Source: Spirogloea muscicola (lineage: Eukaryota). Taken from it: a stretch of 47,081 bases of DNA. The DNA lies in the NCBI GenBank assembly GCA_009602725.1, contig WELB01000013.1, positions 1,121,732-1,168,812 on the forward strand. The letters run 5' to 3'. The notes below the pieces were generated by a model that was not told the origin of the DNA, searched no databases, and saw nothing but the letters and a program-made list of their open reading frames with translations. Numbering within the stretch: the stretch's first letter is position 1; every line of letters starts with the position of its first letter. Both the position numbers and the translations under genes were made by a program. Positions 1 through 7,736 of this stretch are shown here, one piece after another.

Positions 1-280
1 GGGCACGGGCGCGGAGCGCGGGGCGCGGGGCGCGGGGCGCGGGGGCGGGGCGCGGCGGGGAGCAAGCGCGACGAAAGCCGTGGACACTTGCGACGTGGCG
101 GGAGGCAGGCCTCGGCAGGCTCTTGTAGGGGCGCCTGCGCCAGGAGCTCAAGTACGCTGATCACCCGCGGGAAGACGGGTTCTCCCCCGCTGGCTATCGA
201 CACGCATGGGGCGTTGGGCGCTCGGTGGCTCGAGCTGCTCAACCAGCTCGCCAGCCACGCCATCGTCCGCCGCTTCCATG

Positions 281-959
281 CCCGCCAGGCCATTGACCGG
301 CGGCCGGGTCTGCCAGGGCTCACTCTTGGGTACTGAGCTTCCCTTTGCATCATTTCTGTGTTCTGCAGTGTTTTGTAATGTAGTCCTTTTTCCGGCTCCT
401 CTTTCTTTGGCTTTGGACATTGTCCATTCTTTTTTGAGCTGGCTTTGCCAGCCCCTCTTCTCTATGGGCGCGCACTTCTTCCAGGGGCGATGCCCGGCTT
501 CAACGCCGCCAGTTCGCTCGCCCAAGTCTTCCGCATGCGCCTGGCCGTATCGCTTCAACGCTCCCTTGCCCACGCCGTCCACACGCGAGCAGGCCGTGCT
601 ATGGCCGCCGCCTCTGGGTCTCGGCGGAGTTCCCCTTTCCCTGCATCGAGCTACTCAGACCTGATGTTGCTCACTCGTGGGTACTGAGCTTCCCCTTGCA
701 TCGGTTCTGTGTTCTGCAGTGTTTTGTAGTGTAGTCCTTTCCCGGCTTTCTTTGGCTTTGGACATTGTCCATTCTTTTTTGGGCTGGCTTTGCCAGCCCC
801 TCTTCTCTATGGGCGCGCACTTCTTCTGCATCGTCTATGTAATCTGCAGTGTTTTGTAGTGTAGTCCTTTTTCCAGCTCCTCTTCCTTTGGCTTTGGACA
901 TTGTCCATTCTTTTTTGAGCTGGCTTTGCCAGCCCCTCTTCTCTATTGGCGCGCACTTT
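281..959 (+). mobile_element. Nested 5'-truncated copy of a second subfamily with a duplicated 3' UTR, itself interrupted at 319-480
   Basis: Closely matches the reverse complement of ~6433-6715. Flanked by CATG at 277-280 and 960-963. Confidence 0.8.
319..480 (+). mobile_element. 162-bp 3'-end insertion with 6-bp TSD CCAGGG
   Basis: CCAGGG at 313-318 and 481-486. The uninterrupted site GGTCTGCCAGGGGCGATG is seen in the copy at ~6672-6690 (minus strand). Confidence 0.85.
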
Positions 960-1076
960 CATGGGGAGCCGGTGGACTTTCCTGCAGCCGGGTCGCTAGC
1001 GCAGGTGTACCGTATGCGCTTGGTCGTCTCGCTGCAGCGGTGTATGGCCCGCGCGCTGCACCTGCGTGCCGGCAGA

Positions 1077-1131
1077 AAGAAAGGGCTCGCCCATTGAGGA
1101 TAGGGGCTGGAAAAGCCAGCCCAAAAAATAA
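1077..1131 (-). mobile_element. 55-bp 3'-terminal hairpin module with 11-bp TSD
   Basis: GTGCCGGCAGA at 1066-1076 and 1132-1142. The insert is the reverse complement of the 1315-1366 type 3' end. Confidence 0.88.
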
Positions 1132-2673
1132 GTGCCGGCAGAGCCCTTCGCTGCTGCCTCTGGCTCTGGTCAGGGGACCCGCTTCCAGGAGCCCAGCTTC
1201 TCTGACCTGAGGCTGCTTAGCAGGGGTTATGAGTGCTTCGTAGCTGCTTTGTCTCTTTATGTGCCTGTTTTTCTTAGCGCTTCCCCTGACCCCCTTCTCG
1301 TACTTTGTTCATCTTTTTTTGGGCTGGCTTTTCCAGCCCCTATCCTCAATGGGCGAGCCCTTTCTCTGTGCCAGCTGTGCCCCCGGAGCGGGGGGGTGGG
1401 GCAGGGCGACGCGGTGCGCTTGAAACGCCTGGGTGGTGTAACGGGCAAGAAAAGCTCGTCCAAACTGAGAAGACAGCGCTTCCACATTGACTGGTGGCTG
1501 TGAGAGGCCAGCCCGAAGGAATGGACAAGGTCTGGAGGGGGCGAATGGCGGGAAAAGAGAAGCCTATAGTAATGGACAAGGTCTGAAGGAGCCGGATGGC
1601 GCAGAAAGCAAGGTACTAAGTGCTAAGACGGCAGCAAGGGGTCTCTCAGTAACCTCTAGTCAGTAGATGCAAATCGGAATAGCTAGCAGGTGGATAGACG
1701 TCGCCCTGACGGAAGCCGGAGGCCGCCGCCAAAGCGCGGCCTGCGTGCAAGTGCATCGCGAAGGCAAGGGACCGCTGCAAGGAGACGGCCAAGCGCATCC
1801 GGAAGACTTGAACGAGGGACCCGGCGACGTTGAAGCCAGGCTGCTCGCTCTGCTGCCAGTGGCGGCAGGCCACTGCACGCCGCGCAAGGTGGTGAAGAAG
1901 GTCAAGCCATCCTGTCCCAAAAACTCCGTGGACGTCGACGGCGAGTGAGACTCCCACTGGGTGATCCGAGTACTTCCCTTTTTTGACGCCCGCCGCTTGG
2001 GGGACTGCGTAGCCCGCCTCCTCCGAGGAGCGTTGGGCGCTCCTGGAATCAAAGCAGTCTGTGGTGACCACGTCGGCAATGAGCTGGGGCCCCCCGCCGA
2101 GCGCGCTGCCGACGAGATCGGCGCGCCGGGTGTGGAGGCGGCCATCCGCCCCAGCAGTCAGAGGCATGATGCTTGAATTTTACATTGCCATCGTGAAACC
2201 GGCTTCGACGAATATGCCGTACATTGCGTTCCTGAGCAAGTCGTGTGTGTCCGTCCGCTCCCCTCCCCGTGCGCACCTGAGCATATGGGCTGCCACTGAT
2301 GCCGCGTGTCGGCTGCGCTCGCCACACTCACACTGTTGTACACCACTTAGGCAGGGTGGGTGGAGGCCGAGGAGGCGATGCACAGCCGTGCGGAAGGCGT
2401 CGTCCAGCATCCGGAGCGCGTCGTAGATCGGCAGGGCAGACAACCAAGCTGCCGCCCCTGGTGAGGATGCCGAGAGCAGCCGCGTCCCCGGAGGTCGTCC
2501 GGAGGCAAAAGCCCCATCGCCGTGGTGAATGAGGCCGCATCCACCTCCGCCATGAAGCGAGGTTGGGCCCGGAGGTCGGCTGTACGCGCGAGGTGCGCGA
2601 AAGGGACGGCCCGTGGCACCAGGGCGGGGTGATCCGCAAGCAGCGCATCCCGGGCTAAGCGGAGAGCCGCCTG

Positions 2674-2983
2674 CTGCTGGCGCAGGTGTACCGTATGCGC
2701 TTGGCCGTCTTGCTGCAGCGGTCTATGGCCCGCGCGCTGCACCTGCGTGCCGGCAGAGCCCTCGCTGCTGCATCTGGCTCTGGCCAGGGGACCCGCTTCC
2801 AGGAGCCCAGCTTCTCTGACCTGAGGCTGCTTAACAGGGGTTACTGAGTGCTTCGTAGCTGCTTTGTTTCTTTTGTGCTTTGTTTTCTTAGCGCTTCCCC
2901 TGGCCCCTTTCTCGTACTTTGTTCATCCTTTTTTGGGCTGGCTTTTCCAGCCCCTATCCTCAATGGGCGAGCCCTTTCTTCTT
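2674..2983 (+). mobile_element. 310-bp 3' fragment inserted antisense into the long copy, TSD CGCCTG
   Basis: CGCCTG at 2668-2673 and 2984-2989. Excision restores the in-frame host peptide ETGTLCFQAALRLARDALL. Confidence 0.8.
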
Positions 2984-3690
2984 CGCCTGGAAACACAATG
3001 TGCCAGTCTCCACGTCCGCTGCCGCCTGCTCTAGGAGGCAACGCCCATGCCGGATATATCGCTGGGCCACCGAAGCCGCAACCTGTGCCCAGCTCCCCAG
3101 GTGTGCTGCCCGGCAGGCACGAGCCAGCGGGCGGCAGCCCAGACCCCTGCGGGCAGGAAGGCCTGTCGTACCGCAGCCGGCGTCTCCAGGAAGGCCGGGT
3201 GTTGGACCAGGGCCGCTGTGCTGTCCAGTATACCTGCATCGAAGGTTGCATAGGCGGCCTGCGCAGCCGGGGAGGGGGGGGCTCGAGCCAGGTACAGGGG
3301 ACGTTGAGCAAAGATCCGCGTCAACATGGCGAGCAGCAGCTGCATGTCGTGCAGCTCAGGGAGGCGGGCCGCCGGCTTGAGGTGCTCCTGGAGCATGGCG
3401 CGCAGCTGCTCGTCCACGTGCTGGTGAGCCCATGGAACCCCGAGGAGTGTGAGGCCCCCGGCTGGTGTCTGACAGCCGGAGGGCAGGCGGAGGGGGGCTG
3501 GCAAGCCCTGCGGGAACCAGGCGCTAAACTTCGTCGCACGGATGTCCAGGCCGATCTTTTCCTTCAGCTGCTCCTCGAGGGTGGCGAAGGATGCCAAGAC
3601 CTTGTCTGGCTGCCCGATCAGCGTGGTGTCATCCGCATAGGTCGGCATGAGGACGCCCGGGTGAGCAGCTGCCGAGGCCTTCAGGGCGCG

Positions 3691-3888
3691 GTCGTGATCT
3701 CTGGGCGTCATCTAGTAATCCAACAAGCAATAAACACAGCTAAGAGGGCAGTTAAAATGTTTTCTGGGTGCCAACCAGTCCCTTGGTCTAACCATCTCAT
3801 TGTGCAGGACCCCTCTAAAGATAACAGGAGATTAGAGTCCTATTATTATATATTCCAAGCAATAAGTCACTGCCACACTAAATCATCT
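3691..3888. other. ~198-bp lower-GC foreign insertion inside the RT domain
   Basis: Removing it rejoins ...FFYALAHF|RALKASAAAHPGVLMPTYADD. No similarity to the element UTRs was seen. Confidence 0.7.
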
Positions 3889-3950
3889 GAAGTGGGCCAG
3901 CGCGTAGAAGAACCCTGCGAGCGGGTTCCCCTGACGCGTGCCCGTGGAAG

Positions 3951-4084
3951 CAAGTGTGGCTCTCCCAATGCGGGCAAGGGCTGTTAAAAGCCAGCCCGAA
4001 AAGAATTGACAAAGGTTTGAAGGGGCCAAATGACGGAGGGGCCTAAAGCACGATGGCAGAACGGGTGGAGGATGGACCACTCAC
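3951..4084 (-). mobile_element. 3'-UTR-only insertion inside the RT domain
   Basis: Homologous to the UTR at 6240-6410. Excision restores ETLRS-STGTRQG. Imperfect TSD GGAAG/GGGAG. Confidence 0.78.
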
Positions 4085-4849
4085 GGGAGACCGGAGGGTC
4101 TCCACCCCGCTGGTTCCATGCCGCCATAGGAGATCGCTGGGCTGGCCGTAGCCCAGCCAGAAAACCGGCAGCAGGGTGGGGAAGGCCTCACGGAGCTCCT
4201 CGGCGACAGCGGCGCGGTTGACGCAGTTGAAACATTTCTGAAGTCCACCGCCAGCACCACCCACTCGGGGTGCAAGTCAAGGGAAGCCCGCACCCCATGG
4301 ACAACTGCATCACCGCCGCTCGGCAGGCCGGCGCCATACTGGTGCGGCGCCAGGTGTGTCTGGGCCGCACCTGCGTGCTGTCGCCAAAGTGCCCGGCCCA
4401 CCAGACGGTACAGGACCTCGCCGATAGCAATGGGGTGGACGCCTCCATTGACCTTGCTAAGGGCCAGCAGGGTGTTGGCACAGAGCACGCCGCGGATGCT
4501 GGCAGGGACGTGACCCCGGGCCATGTGTTGACACACCTGGTGCAGCGCCCGAAAGTCCGCCTCGTCCCCTTCGAGGAAGAGCTCCTTCAGAAGCTCTGTA
4601 ACTATGCCCGAGGGGCCGCATACAGCTGTGCGCCGGTTGCTATGCAGGACCTTGCGGAGAGCTGCGGCATTAAGGGCCACCTCCTCCTGCGGGATGTAGG
4701 AAGCCAACCACGAAGGCAGGGGAGAGCGCGCCGGGGGGTGGAGGGACGAGAGGGCTCGCTGCGTGTCCTCAGTCGCCGACGCCAACACCGAATCGTCCAG
4801 CGCCTAGACGGCTCTCGAGAGCTCCCCGGCATGGCCACACGGAGAGCGC

Positions 4850-5365
4850 GGCGGACACTGGTTGCCCTGGCAAAAGCTGCAGCCAGAGGTTGCAACGAGA
4901 GCACGGCCACCACGCAATTGCAGGCCTGGGCCATGGACCGCTGGAAGAAAGTGCGCGCCCATAGAGGAGGGGCTGGCAGAAAGAAATTGCTCGCCCATAG
5001 AAGAAGAGGGGCTAGCAAAGCCAGCACAGGCAGAGGCCAGCCCGAAAAGAAGGGACAAAATCCAAAGAGCCAAGAAGATGCCTACAAGAGGGAGGGAGAT
5101 TGACAAACGCATGTGATAGAACTGGGCCCACGAGCCAGCGGCGATGAAGTCAGCCGGCTCACCTCGCCTGCGGGACACAACGCGCCACGCAAGCCTGGCC
5201 AGCAGGTCGAGCCACTGGGACCCGAGAGCCCCGTGCCCATCCACAGCCAGGAATACGAACCCGTCCCCAGCCGGGTAGAAATTGCTCGCCCACAGAAAAA
5301 GAGGGGCTAGCAAAGCCAGCCCAGAAAAGAATGGTGGTCAGCGTCTTTCGCCGGTAAGAGGCCCA
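4850..5365 (-). mobile_element. RLE C-terminal fragment interrupted by stacked 3'-end modules at 4946-5090 and 5279-5332
   Basis: Rejoins as YADH|PAGDGFVFLAVDGHGALG...MRLSISL|QRSMAQ. The uninterrupted junction CCGCTGGAGGGAGA is seen at ~7391-7404. Confidence 0.75.
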
Positions 5366-6095
5366 GGGCGCCCAGCAGGCCATTGATCGGCGAGCGGGTC
5401 AGCCAGGGGAGGTGCCGGGCTTCAACGACCCGCTTCCAGGAGCCAAGTGTCTCTGACCTGAGGCTGCTTAGCAGGAGTTACTGAGTGCTCCGTAGCTGCT
5501 TAGATTTCATTTTGTGCTTGTTTTTCTTCGTACTTCCCATAGCCCTTTCTCGTACTTTGGTCATTCTTTTTTGGGCTGGTTTTCCCAGCCCCTATCCTCG
5601 ATGGGCGTGCCCTTCTTCGATGCTGCCGGCTCGCTCGCTCAGGTATTTCTTTCGCATGCGGCTCTCCGTCTCTCTCCAGCGCTCTCTGGCTCATGCAGTC
5701 CACACGCGTGCCGGCCGTGCTATGGCTGCTGCCTCAGGGTCTCGCCGGAGTGCTTCTTTTCCTGCAGCGAGTTACTCAGACTTGATGTAGCTCACTCGTG
5801 GGTACTGAGCTTCCGGCAGCAAGCGCGGCCAAATTAACTGGTGGTTGGGAGAGGCCAGCCCAAAAGAATGGACAAGGCCGGCAGCCGGCTGCATCGTCTC
5901 GTGTCTAGTTTTGTAGTTTTTCTTTTCGGCACCTTTTTTTTTGGCTTTGGGTATTGTCCATTCTCTCCTTCTCCTTCTCCTTCTTGTCCATTCTTTTTGG
6001 GCTGGCTTTGCCAGCTGAAGAAAGGGCTCGCCCATTGAGGATACAGCGATTGAGGATAGGGGCTGGAAATGCCAGCCTCTCTTCTCTCAGGGCAT
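5366..6095 (+). mobile_element. 3' fragment + UTR interrupted by inserts at 5428-5615 (+), 5821-5877 (-) and 6016-6069 (-)
   Basis: TSDs: TTCAACG/TTCGATG (diverged), CCGGCAGC at 5813-5820/5878-5885, and TGCCAGC at 6009-6015/6070-6076. Confidence 0.8.
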
Positions 6096-6104
6096 TCGGA
6101 CATT

Positions 6105-6233
6105 CGGACCGCGTACCGAGATAGAAGGCGCGCGGTGCGCATGAAATAAAAGAGAGGCCAATCCTAGCCTTACAAATGTCCTGGTAACGGGGTAATGGGG
6201 TGGCTAAGGGGGTGGGCACTTAATACACCGAAA
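6105..6233 (-). mobile_element. 3' UTR fragment of a further subfamily (GCGGTGCGCATGAAAT motif)
   Basis: Colinear similarity to 11010-11101 and partly to 1367-1430 and 14865-14905. Confidence 0.6.
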
Positions 6234-6430
6234 GGGCATGAAGAAGAAGTGGCTCTCCCCATGGGGGCAAGGGCTGTGAGAAGCCAGCCCGAAAAGAATT
6301 GAAAAGGTTCGAAGGGGCCAAACTACGAGCTAAGCAGCGACTGCGGGGCATGAAGAAGAAGTGGCATGAAGAGGCTATGGCAGAACGGGGGAGGATGGAC
6401 CACTTAGTAGTCACGAGTGAGGAGCCTCAC
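6234..6430 (-). mobile_element. 3' end (LTRDY* + UTR + hairpin + (TTC)n tail)
   Basis: Minus strand reads CTC ACT CGT GAC TAC TAA, then the UTR shared with 3951-4084. Confidence 0.75.
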
Positions 6431-6476
6431 ATCACTACAACATACTGCAGAACACAGAAACGATGCAGAGGAAAGC

Positions 6477-7289
6477 TCAGTACCCACGAGTGAGCAACAT
6501 CAGGTCTGAGTAGCTCGCTGCAGGGTAAGAGGCGCTCCGCCGAGACCCAGAGGCGGCGGCCAAAGCACGGCCTGCGCGCGTATGGACGGCGTGGGCAAGG
6601 GAGCGTTGAAGCGATACGGCCAGGCGCATGCGGAAGACTTGTGCGAGCGACCCGGCGGCGTTGAAGCCGGGCATCGCCCCTGGCAGACCCGGCCGCCGGT
6701 CAATGGCCTGGCGAGCAAGCCGCTGAATGAGATCCAGCCAGCGGCTGCCGAAAGCCCCGTGTACATCCATCGCCAGGGCCGCTAATTCATCCCCCACCGG
6801 GTGATCAGCGTATTTTCGCTCCTTGCCGCGGGCCGCCTGGCCGACCGCGTGCCCTGCAAACGACGCCGATCTGGTGGGGTTGGCGGAGTCGATGCAGTCT
6901 GTTGTCACCACATCAGCGATGATGCGGGGACCGCCGCCGGGAGGGATGGCGACGAGGTCAGCGCGTCGCGTATGGGGCTGGCCGTCCGCGCCCAGCTGAA
7001 TGGGCATGATTGAGGAGTTCTCTACCGCAACCTTGAAGCCCGCCTCCGAAAACACCCCCTGCATACCGTCGCGCAGGAGGTCATGGGAAGCGGTCCGCTC
7101 CCCCCCGTGGGCGCAACGGAGCATGTGGGCGGCCAGCTCCGCAGGATCATCGTGTCGGGCACCGCACTCGCATTGAGGGACGCCCACGAGGCAGGGGGGA
7201 AGGAGGCCCAAGAGCCGGTGGACCGCCGTCCGGAAGACCTCGTCAGGCATTGTGAGCGCCGCGTGGAGTGGAAGCGCCGATAGCCACGC
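6477..7289 (-). CDS. Uninterrupted ~270-codon C-terminal ORF segment of a 5'-truncated retrotransposon (CCHC knuckle + restriction-like endonuclease)
   Basis: AWLSALP...RLLG...CECG.....ELAAHMLRC..GGER..SHD...RRADLV...IIADV...KERKYADHP...LTRGY*. Confidence 0.85.
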   Translation of the reverse strand, partial: AWLSALPLHAALTMPDEVFRTAVHRLLGLLPPCLVGVPQCECGARHDDPAELAAHMLRCAHGGERTASHDLLRDGMQGVFSEAGFKVAVENSSIMPIQLGADGQPHTRRADLVAIPPGGGPRIIADVVTTDCIDSANPTRSASFAGHAVGQAARGKERKYADHPVGDELAALAMDVHGAFGSRWLDLIQRLARQAIDRRPGLPGAMPGFNAAGSLAQVFRMRLAVSLQRSLAHAVHTRAGRALAAASGSRRSASYPAASYSDLMLLTRGY

Positions 7290-7470
7290 ACATCCGACAG
7301 ACTAGCTGCCGGGAAACTATCCCCCTGACGAAAGCCGGAGGCCGCAGCGAGAGCACGGCCAGCACGCAGATGCAAGGCGTGGGCCATGGACCGCTGGAGG
7401 GAGACGGACAAGCGCATACGATATACCTGAGCCCATGAGCCCACGAGCCAGTCGACACCCGCCCGGTCCC
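7290..7470 (-). mobile_element. RLE C-terminal fragment fused to the 5' break of the preceding copy
   Basis: GSWAQVYRMRLSVSLQRSMAHALHLRAGRALAAASGFRQGDSFPAASLSDV. Confidence 0.75.
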
Positions 7471-7736
7471 CCGTATATATGGTCATCGACCATCACATCG
7501 TCTGCTAACCGCTGGCTGCTGATTACCAGTCAGCCCAATCCGCGACAATACTCCCCCCATGACCTGGGACCCGTCCGTCTTCCCGTGTCTCCGGCGTCCG
7601 CTGCAGCGTCGGGAAGAAGTTCACTTCTCTTTCAGATGAGCGAGTATGTTCGGACTGTACCTAAGCTACGCGCGCTGGGCGGGGCGCGGCGGGGCGCCTC
7701 CCAGGCTGGCCTGGCCCCGAGTACATCCGCCCCACC

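Larger units (their letters stand above)
130..1366 (+). mobile_element. 5'-truncated host copy (RLE C-terminus + 3' UTR), split by nested inserts at 281-959 and 1077-1131
   Basis: Removing the inserts rejoins ...LASHAIVRRFH|GEPVDFPAAGSLAQVYRMRL...LHLRAGR|...SDLRLLSRGY. The 3' hairpin and tail are at 1321-1366. Confidence 0.8.
1467..4850 (-). pseudogene. Longest degenerate retrotransposon copy: RT domain, CCHC knuckle, RLE domain and 3' UTR, with frameshifts and three internal insertions
   Basis: RT motifs: GELSRA, LHP, GPSG, K..GG.HPIAIGE..R, QYGAG...G...VH, D..N.FN.V.R, GTRQGNPL, YADD. Downstream motifs: AWLSALP, CECG..H...C, THD, RRADL, ADV, KKGKY, LLTRGY*. This combination is typical of CRE/R2-group elements. 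Confidence 0.88.
130..7470. mobile_element. Nested cluster of CRE-clade-like non-LTR (RT+RLE) retrotransposon fragments, several subfamilies, both orientations
   Basis: Repeated C-terminal peptide (K..KYADHP...LA.D.HG..G..W...RMRL.VSLQR...SD..LLTRGY*) followed by a 3' UTR ending in a GGGCTG..CAGCCC hairpin and a TTCTTC tail. RT motifs lie at 3030-4800, and several TSDs are visible. Confidence 0.92.

Noticed and set aside
1..60. (GGGGCGC)n G-quadruplex-like tract
   Set aside because: It lies at the window edge, and similar GC-rich low-complexity runs occur near every gene 5' end.
704..826. Insertion with TSD TGCATCG (697-703/827-833)
   Set aside because: It cannot be distinguished from a tandem duplication or template jump at the homologous UTR position.
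1310..1345. U-run + GGGCTGGCTTTTCCAGCCC as a histone stem-loop, Sm-site snRNA/SL RNA end or intrinsic terminator
   Set aside because: The 5' arm is purine-rich, unlike the histone GGYYYU stem. The U-run precedes the hairpin, no other snRNA motifs are visible, and it always follows the element's stop codon.
3691..3888. Spliceosomal intron in the RT gene
   Set aside because: The coding-strand ends are AG...AC, not GT/GC...AG.
2848..5103. Long plus-strand ORFs 2848-3987 and 4270-5103
   Set aside because: They are antisense shadows of the GC-rich RT frame and run across insertion junctions.
420..6310. Repeated palindromic units read as a CRISPR-like array
   Set aside because: Spacing and orientation are irregular, the intervening DNA is retrotransposon coding sequence, there are no cas genes, and the context is eukaryotic.
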